Source of the DNA: Eledone cirrhosa | Lineage: Eukaryota | Length of the DNA stretch: 64,000 bases | Assembly (NCBI GenBank): GCA_964016885.1 | Contig: OZ024747.1 | Span: forward strand, 55,800,001 to 55,864,000 | Direction of reading: 5' to 3' | Shown here: positions 12,497 through 27,944 of the stretch, piece after piece | Position numbering within the stretch: the stretch's first letter is position 1 | How the letters are laid out: each line of letters opens with the position of its first letter | Notes under the pieces: generated by a model | Seen by the model: the letters and a program-made list of their open reading frames with translations, nothing else | Database searches by the model: none | What the model was told of the DNA's origin: nothing | Position numbers and translations under genes: made by a program

Positions 12497-15400
12497 ATGG
12501 TCACGTTGGACAACATTGTGACGGCTACGACGAAATCCATGGAGGCTATGGGTTTGGTACTAGAAATGAGGAAGGCTCCAGAATCCTGGAATTCTGTGAT
12601 GCAAATAACCTAATTATCTGTAACACTAACTTCAAAAAACGTGACAATCACCTGATCACCTATAGATCCGGGGAACACACAAGCCAGGTAGATTATATCC
12701 TTACCAGAAGACGTGACAGAGTGTCTGTTGTAAACACTAAATCCCTCCCCCATGAAGAATGCACCTCCCAACATAGACTGATAATTAGCGACCTCATAGT
12801 CAGGACGAGACGTACTCGACAGCAGAAGAGGACTATCCTCAGGAGAAAAATATGGAAGCTAAAGGACCCCACAGCCAGAAATAAATTTCTAAGCATATTA
12901 CTTCATGCTTTCGACAGTAAGGAAGAACATTTAGAGTCGGACAATATAGAGGGACAGTGGGAATTTCTGAAAGCAAACCTGCTGTTGGCGACAGACGAAG
13001 TCTGTGGCTGGAGCAGGCCTGTAGGCAGGAGGAGAGTAACATGGTGGTGGAACAGTAAGGTGGCGGGGTCAATTAAGGCCAAAAAGCAGGCTTGGAAAGT
13101 ATGGCGGGATGGGGGAAGTAGAGAAGACTATCAAGTGGCCAGGAGGGAAGCTAGGAGAGAAGTGTACTTAGCAAGAAGGGAAGCTGAGGAAAGAAAGTTC
13201 AAGCATGTTCTACAACGCGATGACCAAAAACGTGAGGTGTTCAGGATTGCTAGGCAATGCGTCAAGGAAAACCGTGATATTGTCGGGGAGAAGTGTGTAC
13301 TTAACGATGATGGCATACTTGCCATCACCGACACTGATAAGAAGGTAGCTTGGAAGTGTCACTATGAAAGGCTACTAAATCAGGAGAATAAATGGGAGAA
13401 AGACAGTCTCCCCCATATCGACCCAATAGAGGGACCAGCAGTGTTAGTCGAGGGGAGTATAATAAGTAAGGCAATCAAGGATATGAAGACGGGTAAGGCG
13501 GCTGGGCCTTCGGAAATAGTTGCTGAGATGCTGAAGGCATCTGGCACGGTGGGACACACCATGGTCACCCGCATAGTTAACCAAGTCGTACAGAATGGGG
13601 TTGTTCCGAAGGACTGGCATAGCAGCATCATTGTTAACTGTTATAAGGGTAAAGGAGACGCCCTAGATAGGAGTAACTATAGAGGCATTAAATTAATCGA
13701 CCAGGTCATGAAGGTCACGGAAAAAGTAATAGCGCAACTAATCAGAGAGAGAATTGACCTAGATGAAATGCAGTTCGGGTTTGTGTCAGGCAAAAGTACC
13801 ACAGACGCTCTTTTCATAGTACGACAACTACAGGAGAAGTACCTAGCTAAAGGTAAACCCCTCTACTTAGCTTTTGTCGACTTGGAGAAAGCCTTCGACA
13901 GAGTCCCCCGCTCCATTATCTGGTGGGCTCTTAGAAAACTAGGCGTTGACGAATGGCTTGTGAGGGCTATACAAGCCATGTATAAAGAAACAGTCAGCAA
14001 GGTTAGAATTAACAACGAATATAGTGAAGAGTTTAGCGTAAAAGTTGGCGTCCATCAGGGCTCTGTTCTCAGCCCCCTACTATTTATTATTGCCCTTCAG
14101 GCTATAACAGAGGAGTTCAAGACAGGCTGCCCATGGGAACTCCTATAGGCAGACGACCTGACACTCATAGCGGAATCAATGGCCGAGCTAGAGAAGAAAT
14201 TCCAAACATGGAAGCACGGCCTAGAGTCAAAAGGACTTAAAATTAACCTGGCTAAGACCAAAGTTCTAGTTTGTAGGAAAGAAAACAAGGCGGCGGTCCC
14301 TTCTGGGAAATGGTCGTGCTCGGTGTGTAGGAAAGGCGTAGGTAGAAACTACATTTTATGTCCTAAATGCAAAGTATGGGTGCATAAAAGATGTAGTGGG
14401 ATCACAGGTAAGCTAACTAAGAACATAGATTTTACATGTGGCCGGTGTTCTGGTGCAATAAGTAGCAGCAAGTGCCCACAGAATACTAGCTCTTTCAATT
14501 GCGCAGAGGGTTCTATAGAAATAGTGGACAGCTTCCGTTACCTGGGCGATAAAATCAGCAGTGGGGGAGGGTGCTCTGAAAGTACTGTAGCTAGAGTCAG
14601 AACTGGTTGGAAAAAATTCAGAGAGCTTATACCACTATTAGCTGCTAAAGGGTTCTCCCTAAAAATGAAAGGCAGGTTGTACGATGCCTGCATACGAACA
14701 GCAATGTTGCATGGCAGTGAGACCTGGGCATTGTGTGCAGAGGATATACGCAGACAAGAGAGGAACGAAGCTTGCATGCTCCGCTGGATGTGTAACAGTA
14801 ATATACGTGAACGGCAAAGCATAAACGAACTAAGGAAAAAATTAGAGATAAGAGGGATCAGATGTTGTTTACTCGAGAGAAGGCTACGTTGGTATGGACA
14901 CGTGATGCGCATGAAAGTCGATAGCTGTATAACAAAGTGCAGGGCAATAAAGATAGACGGTAGGCACGGAATAGGCAGACCTAGAAAAACCTGGGACGAG
15001 CTGATAAACTCCGACATCACACACTTACACCTCTCCAAGACAATGTCACTGGACCGAGACCTTTGGCGGTACTCAGTAACAGAGAAGACCCGCCTTACCT
15101 AAATATATATAGTAAAACCTACTCCAGCCAGTAGGCATCTCTACCAAAATACACCCCGTCCCACCACCACCACCCCCGCCCCATCCACACCACCCCGTTC
15201 TACGTAAAGTTATGTTGGTGCCGCGTCATCCAGGCCGAAACAAATGAGATCGTGTAGGCCGAAACAAATGAGATCATGTAGGTGTCACGACAAAAAAACA
15301 CACAGTCCACGCTGTAATGTGGCCATGTAGGCAACACGGTAAAAACCTCCCAGACCCACACTGTAAATGTGGTTGGTGTTAGGAAGGGCATCCAACTGTA

Positions 15401-15527
15401 GAAAACCTGCCAGACAGTCCTATGCGAGCAAGACAATCACTCTTGCCTCAAGTGGGACTACCCCCCGTCCAAACCCATGCGAGCGTGGAACACGGACGTT
15501 AAACGTTGATGATGATGATGATGATGA
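12497..15527 (+). mobile_element. RTE LINE copy A, 5'-truncated, with a nonsense mutation in YADD
   Basis: Nearly identical to 28467-31440. TAC>TAG at 14146-14148 splits ORFs 12721-14148 and 14179-15102. It has a (GAT)n tail and (TA)n on both sides. Confidence 0.95.
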
Positions 15528-15530
15528 TAT

Positions 15531-15562
<32 letters not shown>

Positions 15563-15993
15563 CAAATATATACATATACATATATATATATAATATATAT
15601 ATATTTAATATATATATATACATATTTAATATATATATATATATATTTAATATATATATATATATAATATATATATATTTAATATATATATATACATATT
15701 TAATATATATATATATATAATATATATATATTTTATATATATTTATATATATTTAATATATATATATATATATTTAATATATATATATACATATTTAATA
15801 TATATATATATATATATAATATATATATATTTAATATATATATATACATATTTAATATATATATATATATAATATATATATATATATAATATATATATAT
15901 ATATATAATAATAATATATATATATATAATATATATATATATATAATATATATGTATATAATATATATGTATATAATATATATATATATATAC

Positions 15994-16578
15994 ACGCTTA
16001 CACCTCTCCAAGACAATGTCACTGGACCAAGACCTTTGGCGGTACTCAGTAATAGAGAAGACCCGCCTTACCTAAATACAAAGTAAAAACCTACTACAGT
16101 CAGTAGGCACCTCTATCAAAACACACCCCCGTCCCACCACCTCCACCCCACACACACCGCCCCTTTCAATGTAAAGTTATGTTGGTCCCACAACATCCAG
16201 GCCGAAACAAATGAGATCGTGTAGGTGTCACGACAAAAAACACACAGTCCACGCTGTAAATGTGGCCGTGTAGGCAACACGGTAAAAACCTCCCAGCCCC
16301 ACACTGTAAATGTGGTTGGTGTTAGGAAGGGCATCCAGCTGTAGAAAACCCGCCAGACAGTCCACGCTGTAATGTGGCCGTGTAGGCAACACGGTAAAAA
16401 CCTCCCAGCCCCACACTGTAAATGTGGTTGGTGTTAGGAAGGGCATCCAACTGTAGAAATCCCGCCAGACAGTCCTATGCGAGCAAGACAACCACTCTTG
16501 TCTCAAGTGGGAAAACCCCCGTCCAAACCCATGCAAGCGTGGAACACGGACGCTAAACCAGATGATGATGATGATGAT
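15994..16578 (+). mobile_element. Short 3' fragment of a related RTE subfamily with an internal ~110-bp duplication
   Basis: Matches the RTE ORF end and 3' UTR. The block CAGTCCACGCTGT..GGAAGGGCATCCA..GCCAGA occurs twice. It has a (GAT)n tail. Confidence 0.85.
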
Positions 16579-16589
16579 ATAATATATAT

Positions 16590-16623
<34 letters not shown>

Positions 16624-16706
16624 ATATATATATATATAATATATATATTATATTTATAGTAAATATATATATATTATATATATATATATTAAATATATAT
16701 ATATAT

Positions 16707-16740
<34 letters not shown>

Positions 16741-16753
16741 ATTATATATATAT

Positions 16754-16784
<31 letters not shown>

Positions 16785-16824
16785 AAATATATATATATAT
16801 TAAATATATATATATATATTATAT

Positions 16825-17033
16825 AACGAAGGAAATGTGGTAAGGAACCAGGTGGACCATAACGCACCAAAGTACTCAATACTTGGGGTAGTAGTGTGGG
16901 TAATAGGAACCAGTAAGACCCCGACGGCTGAGCTCAAGCCGTTTCGACGGCTAATTCTGGACTCCAGAATTAGCCATCGAATTAGCCGTCGAGACGGCTT
17001 GAGCTCAGCCGTCGGGGTCTTACTGGTTCCTAT
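16825..17033 (-). mobile_element. Short fold-back element, same family as 1210-1415
   Basis: Arms are 16903-16961 and 16963-17033, with a 12-bp duplication in the right arm. The tail 16825-16902 is homologous to the reverse complement of 1338-1415. It is embedded in (TA)n. Confidence 0.7.
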
Positions 17034-17106
17034 ATATTATATATATATATTAAATATATATATATATTAAATATATATATATATAATATATATATATTAT
17101 ATATAT

Positions 17107-17146
<40 letters not shown>

Positions 17147-17222
17147 CTTATATATATATATTATATATATATATATATTAAATATATATATATATAATAT
17201 ATATATATTATATATATTATAA

Positions 17223-17254
<32 letters not shown>

Positions 17255-17278
17255 ATATATATTATAAATATATATATA

Positions 17279-19247
17279 TCATCATCATCATCATCATCAA
17301 CGTTTAACGTCCGTGTTCCACGCTTGCATGGGTTTGGACGGGGGTAGTCCCACTTGAGGCAAGAGTGATTGTCTTGCTCGCATAGGACTGTCTTGCAGGT
17401 TTTCTACAGTTGGATGCCCTTCCTAACACCAACCACATTTACAGTGTGGGTCTGGGAGGTTTTTACCGTGGTGCCTACACGGCCACATTACAGCGTGGAC
17501 TGTGTGTTTTTTGTCGTGACACCTACACGATCTCATTTGTTTCGGCCTGGATGGCGCGGCACCAACATAACTTTACATAGAACGGGGTGGTGTGGATGGG
17601 GTGGGGGTGGTGGCGGGACGGGGTGTAGTTTGTTAGAGATGCCTACTGGCAAGGCGGGTCTTCTCTGTTACTGAGTACCGCCAAAGGTCACGGTCCAGTG
17701 ACATTGTCTTGGAGAGGTGTAAGTGTGTGAGGTCGGAGTTTATCAGCTCATCCCATGTTTTTCTAGGTCTGCCTATTCCGTGGCTACCGTCTATCTTTAT
17801 TGCCCTGCACTTTGTAATACAGCTATCGACTTTCATGCGCATCACGTGTCCATACCAACGCAGCCTTCTCTCGAGTAAACAACATCTGATCCCTCTTATC
17901 TCTAATTTTTTCCTTAGTTCGTTTATGCTTTGCCGTTCACGTATATTACTGTTACACATCCAGCGGAGCATGCAAGCTTCGTTCCTCTCTAGTCTGCGTA
18001 TATCCTCTGCACACAATGCCCAGGTCTCACTACCATGCAACATTGCTGTTCGTATGCAGGCATCGTACAACCTGCCTTTCATTTTTAGGGAGAACCCTTT
18101 AGCAGCTAATAGTGGTATAAGCTCTCTGAACTTTTTCCAACCAGTTCTGACTCTAGCTACAGTACTTTCAGAGCACCCTCCCCCACTGCTGATTTTATCG
18201 CCCAGGTAACGGAAGCTGTCCACTATTTCTATAGAACCCTCTGCGCAATTGAAAGAGCTAGTATTCTGTGGGCACTTGCTGCTACTTATTGCACCAGAAC
18301 ACCGGCCACATGTAAAGTCTATGTTCTTAGTTAGCTTACCTGTGATCCCACTACATCTTTTATGCACCCATACTTTGCATTTAGGACATAAGATGGAGTT
18401 TCTACCTACGCCTTTCCTACACACTGAGCATGGCCATTTCCCAGATGGGACTGCCGCCTTGTTTTCTTTCCTACAAACTACAACTTTAGTCTTAGCCAGG
18501 TTAATTTTAAGCCCTTTTGATTCTAGGCCGTGCTTCCATGTTTGGAATTTCTTCTCTAGCTCGGCCATTGATTCAGCTATGAGCGTTAGATCATCTGCGT
18601 ATAGGAGTTCCCATGGGCAGCCGGTCTTGAACTCCACTGTTATAGCCTGGAGGGCAATAATAAATAGTAGGGGGCTAAGAACAGAGCCCTGATGAACACC
18701 AACTTTTACACTAAACTCTTCACTATATTCGTTGTTAATTCTAACCTTGCTAACTGTTTCTTTATACATGGCTTGTATAGCCCTCACAAGCCATTCGTCA
18801 ACGCCTAGTTTTCTAAGAGCCCACCAGATAATGGAGCAGGGGACTCTGTCGAAGGCTTTCTCCAGGTCGACAAAAGCTAAGTAGAGGGGTTTACCTTTAG
18901 CTAGGTACTTCTCCTGTAGTTGTCGTACTATGAAAAGAGCGTCTGTGGTGCTTTTCCCTGACACAAACCCGAACTGCATTTCATCTAGATCAATTCTCTC
19001 TCTCATTAGTTGCGCTACTTTTTCCATGACCTTGATGACCTGGTCGATTAATTTAATGCCTCTATAGTTACTCCTATCTAGGGCGTCTCCTTTTCCCTTA
19101 TAACAGTTAACGATGATGCTGCTATGCCAGTCCTTCGGAACAACCCCATTCTGTACGACTTGGTTAACTATGCGGGTGACCATGGTGTGTCCCACCGTGC
19201 CAGATGCCTTCAGCATCTCAGCAACTATTTCCGAAGGCCCAGCCGCC
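17279..19247 (-). mobile_element. RTE LINE copy B, 5'-truncated (RT and C-terminus, ORF 17633-19216)
   Basis: The 527-aa ORF contains [17 protein letters not shown] and YADD. The (GAT)n tail is at 17279-17298. It lies tail-to-tail with copy A. Confidence 0.95.
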
Positions 19248-19250
19248 TAT

Positions 19251-19292
<42 letters not shown>

Positions 19293-19309
19293 ATATATTA
19301 TATATATAT

Positions 19310-19340
<31 letters not shown>

Positions 19341-19901
19341 ATATATAATATATATATATATCATATATATATATTATATATATTATATATATATATATTA
19401 TATATATATTATATATAATATATATATATATCATATATATATATTATATATAATATATATATATCATATATATATATTATATATATTATATATATATATT
19501 ATATATATTATATATATATATATATATTATATATATATCATATATTTATATATGTTATATATATCATATATATATATAATATATATATATTATATATATT
19601 ATATATATATATATTATATATATATCATATATATATATATTATATATATATCATATATGTATATAATATATATATATATATTATATATATATTATATATA
19701 TTATAAATATATATATATATTATATATATTATATATATATTATATATATTATAAATATATATATATTATATATATATTATATATATATATATATTATATA
19801 TATATTATATATATATCATATATATCTATTATATTTAATATATATATATCATATATATTATATATATATCATATACATATATTATATATATATAAATATA
19901 T

Positions 19902-19932
<31 letters not shown>

Positions 19933-20120
19933 ATATATATTATAAATATATATATATTATATATATATATATATATATGTTATATATATATATATGTTAT
20001 ATACATATATATTATATATATATATATATATTATATATATATCATATATATATATATTATATATATATATATATCTATTATATATATTATATATATATAT
20101 ATATTATATATATATTATAT

Positions 20121-20154
<34 letters not shown>

Positions 20155-20193
20155 CATATATATATATTATATATATATATTATATATATATAT

Positions 20194-20225
<32 letters not shown>

Positions 20226-20311
20226 CATATATATATTATATATATATATATATATATTATATATATTATATATATATATAATATATATATATATATATTA
20301 TATATATATAT

Positions 20312-20343
<32 letters not shown>

Positions 20344-20383
20344 CATATATATATTATATATATTATATATATATATAATATAT

Positions 20384-20425
<42 letters not shown>

Positions 20426-20447
20426 TATATATATATATAATATATAT

Positions 20448-20512
<65 letters not shown>

Positions 20513-20683
20513 ATATATATATTATATTATATTTACGATCTGAGTTCAAATCCCGCCGAGGTTGACTTTGCCTTTCATCCTTACAGGGTCGATAAAATAA
20601 AGTACCAGTAATACACTGGGTAATTGCTGGCCTTGTGCCTAAAGTAGAAACAATTATATATATATATATAAAATATATATATA

Positions 20684-20726
<43 letters not shown>

Positions 20727-20760
20727 ATTATATATATATATATATTATATATATATATAT

Positions 20761-20792
<32 letters not shown>

Positions 20793-20882
20793 ATATATTA
20801 TATATATATATATATATTATATACATATATATATATTATATATATATATATATATTATATATATATATATATTATATATATA

Positions 20883-20956
<74 letters not shown>

Positions 20957-21170
20957 CATATATTTATATTATATATATATCATATATATATATTATATAT
21001 ATATATATATATCATCTATATATATTATATACATATATATATCATATATATATATATTATATATATATTATATACATATATATATATCATATATATATAT
21101 ATATATTATATATATATTATATATATATTATATATATATATATATATTATATATATATATATTATATATA

Positions 21171-21215
<45 letters not shown>

Positions 21216-21434
21216 ATATTATATATTATATATATTATATATATATATATTATATATTATATATATTATATATATATATATATTATATATTATATATATT
21301 ATATATATATATATTATATATATATATATTATATATATATTATATATATTATATATATTATATATATATATATTATATATTATATATATTATATATATAT
21401 ATTATATATATTATATATATAATATTATATATAT

Positions 21435-21471
<37 letters not shown>

Positions 21472-22342
21472 TATATATATATTATATATTATATATATAT
21501 CATATATATATATTATATATTATATATATATCATATATATATATTATATATATATATATATTATATATATATTACATATATTATAAATATATATATGTTA
21601 TATATATATTATAAATATATATATATATTATATATATATTATATATATTATAAATATATATATGTTATATATGTTATAAATATATATATATTATATATAT
21701 ATTATATATATTATAAATATATATATATTATATATATTATAAATATATATATATTATATATTTATTATTATATATATTATAAATATATATATATTATATA
21801 TATATTATATATATTATAAATATATATATATTACATATATTATAAATATATATATATTATATATATATTATATATATTATAAATATATATATATTATATA
21901 TACTATAAATATATATATATATTATATATACATATTTATATTTTATATATTATAAATATATATATATATTATAGATACATATTTATATTATAAATATATA
22001 TATATATATTTTATATATTATATATATATATATATATATTTTATATATTATAAATATATATATATATTATAGATACATATTTATATTATAAATATATATA
22101 TATATATTTTATATATTATAAATATATATATATATATATTATATATTATAAATATATATATATTATAGATACATATTTATATTATAAATATATATATATA
22201 TTATATATACATATTTATATATAAATATATACATATTTATATTATAAATATATATATATATATATATATTATATATACATATTTATATTATAAATATATA
22301 TATATATATTTTATATATTATAAATATATATATATATTATAT
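19248..22342. repeat. ~3-kb degenerate (TA)n array with a SINE fragment at about 20535-20657
   Basis: Almost pure A/T alternation with TTA, TCA and TAAA interruptions. Confidence 0.95.
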
Positions 22343-22356
22343 ATCGACATCTATAT

Positions 22357-22890
22357 CTAAGGCGGGTAAAATTCCCGAGATCCATGGATGAGTTCTCTCC
22401 AGCGGTCTCTGTCCCTCATTATCACTGCCATATGCTGCATCTCCAACAGACCAGCGTCTGTCCTTAGGGCATCAACATATGTTAACCTTGGTCTTCCTCT
22501 TCTAGTGTGTCCATGTTGGGGCTCCCAAAGGAGCACTGAGTGCAATGTCAACTCTGGATGTCGGTGAGCATGTCCAGCCAACCTCAGTCTCCTCTGTGTC
22601 ACTTTTGAGCTGACTTTTGGGATGCTCCCATACAGCTCTGAGTTTTTCATCCTCAGTGTATACTGATTAATGTTCAGAGCCATCCTCAGCATTCTCGTGT
22701 AGCACCCATCCACCATCTGAGTGAGTCTTTTTGGTCCGTGTCCAAGTCTCAGACCCATACAGCAGCACAGACTCCACTACAGCAATGAAGAGGCGGATTT
22801 TCAGGTCTCTACGAAGGTCCGACTTCCACACCGATCTCAAGCTGTCACACGCCGCCCAGGCCTTGCTCTTCCTCTCAACCACATCATCTT
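22357..22890 (-). pseudogene. 3' fragment of a different RTE-clade LINE (frameshifted)
   Basis: ORFs 22667-22882 and 22357-22758 join to give KAWAACDSLRSVWKS..LKIRLF..ESVLLYGSETWT..RRLRLAGH..GRPRLTYVD, an RTE C-terminus. Confidence 0.8.
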
Positions 22891-23119
22891 CCGTATTCCC
22901 ATAAATATATACAGATCAGAGCAAACATCACAGACACTCTATCTCAAAATTATTTTTGAAAAGCATTAGAAATGCGCAACCGGTAAAACTTAAAACCGAA
23001 ACTGAATACTAACCAATACTATTACTAATTCTCACTTATTCCTAATTAAACTATTTTTCACTGTGAACAATTTGTCAGCATTTTCTTTTCCATTTACCAA
23101 TATATAATTAAATATAGTT

Positions 23120-23918
23120 ATATATATTATATATATATATATGTCTATTATATATATACATATATATATATGTGTATATATATGTATTTTATATATATAC
23201 ATATATATATATGTATATATATGTCTATTATATATATACATATATATATATGTGTATATATATATGTATTTTATACATATACATATATATATGTGTATAT
23301 ATATGTATATTATATATATACATATATATATGTGTATATATATATATTTTATATATACATATATATATATATGTGTATATATATGTATATTATATATATA
23401 CATATATATATATGTGTATATATATGTATATTATATTTATACATATATATATGTGTATATATATGTATATTATATTTATACATATATATATGTGTATATA
23501 TATGTATATTATATATATACATTTATATATATATATATATATATGTATATAATATATATGTATATTATATATATACATATATATATATATCTATCTATAT
23601 ATATGTATATTATATATATACATATATATGTGTATATATATATGTATATTATATATATACACATATATATATATATGTATATGTATATTATATATATACA
23701 TATATATATATATGTATATGTATATTATATATATACATATATATATGTATATATATGTATATTATATATATACATATATATATGTATACATATGTATATT
23801 ATATATATACATATATATATGTATACATATGTATATTATATATATACATATATATGTATACATATGTATATTATATATATACACATATATATATGTATAT
23901 TATATATATACACACACA

Positions 23919-23963
<45 letters not shown>

Positions 23964-23995
23964 ATATATGTATATTATATATATACATATTTATA

Positions 23996-24072
<77 letters not shown>

Positions 24073-24170
24073 TTTTATAGATATAAAATGTATATATATA
24101 TGTATATATATATACATTTTATATCTATAAAAATATATATATGCACACGTATACACACATATATATATGT
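23120..24170. repeat. (TA)n-derived minisatellite (TATGTATATTATATATATACA-type units)
   Basis: Directly visible in the sequence. Confidence 0.9.
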
Positions 24171-24394
24171 GGCATATCTACCTATTTATCTATTTAGTCA
24201 AATAGTTATGCATGTTGTCTGAGAAAAAAATAAAATTATAGAACATGGAATACAGCAGAGAAGATCTACTGACAAAAATCAACAAAAAAATGCAAACAGA
24301 AATGTACAAAAAAAAAATGTATACTCTAATACAGAACTAATACATTAGTATGTAACATTATAATTTTGCATACATATATATATATATATTTATA

Positions 24395-24720
24395 TCATCA
24401 TCATCATCATCATCACCATCACCGTTTTATGTCCGTTCTTCCACGCTAGCATGGGTTGTCCTATTGTGGGCAGTGTTCGGTCGGCTGACATTGTCTTGCT
24501 CATATGGGAACTGATTGTGGCATGATTTCTACAGATGGATGCCCTTCCTAACAGCAACCTCATTTACAGTGAGTGATGGGTGCTTTTTTCCGTGGCGCCT
24601 ACCCATCCACTTTACAGTGTGGGCTGGGTGCTTTTTTGCCCTGGCACCTCCACGACCACTTTGCAGTGGGAGGTTGTGGGGGCATATTGTCCTATATGCT
24701 TCAGCTCGGCTTGTACCGAT
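24395..24720 (-). mobile_element. RTE 3' UTR fragment
   Basis: Homologous to 44737-45045, with a (GAT)n tail at about 24395-24422. Confidence 0.8.
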
Positions 24721-25504
24721 ATATATATATATACACATATATATATATGTAAAATTATATTCATACATACAAATGTATTAGTTCGGTATTAGAGTCTCCA
24801 TTATGCCTCAAAAGATATATTTAATAAAATGAAAAAAATAACAGTATAAAACAAACACCATCTTATATACATTTACATATCTACACACATTCTCTTTCAC
24901 AATTAACCCCTTGAATAATTGCTGGCCTTGTGCCAAATGTAGAAACAATTATTTTTACTATATTTATTATTAATATAATTATTGTCATTATGATCATTTT
25001 ATTTTCCATTATCATTATTATTATTATTTATCTTATAATAATAATTATACTTATTATTTTACTCTATCTATTATGGCTATCAATATTATTATTATTATTT
25101 TTACTGTATTTATTATTATTACTTTCATTTACTTTTCATTTTTTTGTGAGGTGATTTTTTTTTTTGCTTTTTTTGCTTTTTGTTTTTAAAAAAAAGTTTT
25201 AAAAAAATATATATATATATATATTGAAAGCATAACCCAACAACATTATGCATTATAGCGAGAGAACAAAAGTGGAACTAGTACCTACTGCTCATAGGCA
25301 AAGTGCATTCTTATGCATGTGATATACGACTAATTGCATTTTTCTCCTATCAGATTATACCAAGTTGTCGCAGCCTCGAGAAACATAGCTCTCCTCTTTC
25401 ATGGCCAATATAATTGAATTGGTCGCAGTTTCTCTAGCAATCAATTTTAAAAGATACATGCATAGTTCTTATAACAGCAGTCACAATTTCACTCTTATCA
25501 ATGA

Positions 25505-26504
25505 AGTGTATATATATATATATATGAATGAATATATGTATGTATGAATATGTATATATATATATATGAATGTGTATATATATATATGAATGTGTATATA
25601 TATATATGAATGTGTATATATATATATATATATGAATATGTATATATATATATATATATATGAATATGTATATATATATATGAATGTGTATATATATATA
25701 TGAATGTGTATATATATATATGAATGTGTATATATATATATGAATATGTATATATATATATGAATGTATATATATATATATATGAATGTATATATATATA
25801 TATATGAATGTATATATATATATATATATGAATGTATATATATATATATATGAATGTATATATATATATATGAATGTATATATATATGAATGTATATATA
25901 TATATATATATGAATGTATATATATATATATGAATGTATATATATATATGAATGTATATATATATATATGAATGTGTATATATATATATGAATGTGTATA
26001 TATATATATGAATGTATATATATATATATATGAATGTATATATATATATATATATATATGAATATGTATATATATATATATATGAATGTATATATATATA
26101 TATATGAATGTATATATATATATATATGAATGTATATATATATATATGAATGTATATATATATATATATATGAATGTATATATATATATATATATGAATG
26201 TATATATATATATGAATGTATATATATATATATATATGAATGTATATATATATATGAATGTATATATATATATATATGAATGTATATATATATATATGAA
26301 TGTATATATATATATATGAATGTAGATATATATATATGAATGTATATATATATATATGAATGTAGATATATATATATGAATGTATATATATATATATGAA
26401 TGTATATATATATATATATGAATGTATATATATATATGAATGTATATATATATATATGAATGTATATATATATGAATGTATATATATATATATATATATC
26501 AATG

Positions 26505-26535
<31 letters not shown>

Positions 26536-26540
26536 CAATG

Positions 26541-26585
<45 letters not shown>

Positions 26586-27568
26586 ATATATATATATATA
26601 TGAATGTATATATATAAATATATCAATGTATATATATATATATATGAATGTATATATATATATATGAATGTATATATATATGAATGTATATATATATATA
26701 TATATGAATGTATATATATATATATGAATATGTATATATATATATGAATGTGTATATATATATATGAATGTGTATATATATATATGAATGTGTATATATA
26801 TATATGAATATGTATATATATATATGAATGTATATATATATATATATGAATGTATATATATATATATATGAATGTATATATATATATATATATGAATGTA
26901 TATATATATATATATGAATGTATATATATATATATGAATGTATATATATATGAATGTATATATATATATATATATGAATGTATATATATATATATGAATG
27001 TATATATATATATGAATGTATATATATATATATGAATGTGTATATATATATATGAATGTGTATATATATATATGAATGTATATATATATATATATGAATG
27101 TATATATATATATATATATATATGAATATGTATATATATATATATATGAATGTATATATATATATATATGAATGTATATATATATATATATGAATGTATA
27201 TATATATATATGAATGTATATATATATATATATATGAATGTATATATATATATATATATGAATGTATATATATATATGAATGTATATATATATATATATA
27301 TGAATGTATATATATATATGAATGTATATATATATATATATGAATGTATATATATATATATGAATGTATATATATATATATGAATGTAGATATATATATA
27401 TGAATGTATATATATATATATGAATGTAGATATATATATATGAATGTATATATATATATATGAATGTATATATATATATATATGAATGTATATATATATA
27501 TGAATGTATATATATATATATGAATGTATATATATATGAATGTATATATATATATATATATATCAATG

Positions 27569-27599
<31 letters not shown>

Positions 27600-27604
27600 C
27601 AATG

Positions 27605-27649
<45 letters not shown>

Positions 27650-27883
27650 ATATATATATATATATGAATGTATATATATAAATATATCAATGTATATATA
27701 TATATATATGAATGTATATATATATATATATGAATGTATATATATATATATATCAATGTATATATATATATATATATATCAATGTATATATATATCAATG
27801 TATATATATATATATCAATGTATATATATATATCAATATATATATATATATATGAATATATATCAATATATATATATATATAT

Positions 27884-27941
<58 letters not shown>
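25505..27941. repeat. (TA)n-GAATG satellite with a 1,064-bp internal tandem duplication
   Basis: Units are (TA)4-9 followed by TGAATG. Identical junk ORFs recur at a fixed 1064-bp offset (25786/26850, 26086/27150, 26396/27460). Confidence 0.9.

Positions 27942-27944
<3 letters not shown>

Noticed and set aside
14538-15038. Conserved 166-aa antisense ORF in three RTE copies (also 17709 and 30508)
   Set aside because: It recurs only because the copies are near-identical, and it is broken in the diverged subfamily at 45.1-45.6 kb.
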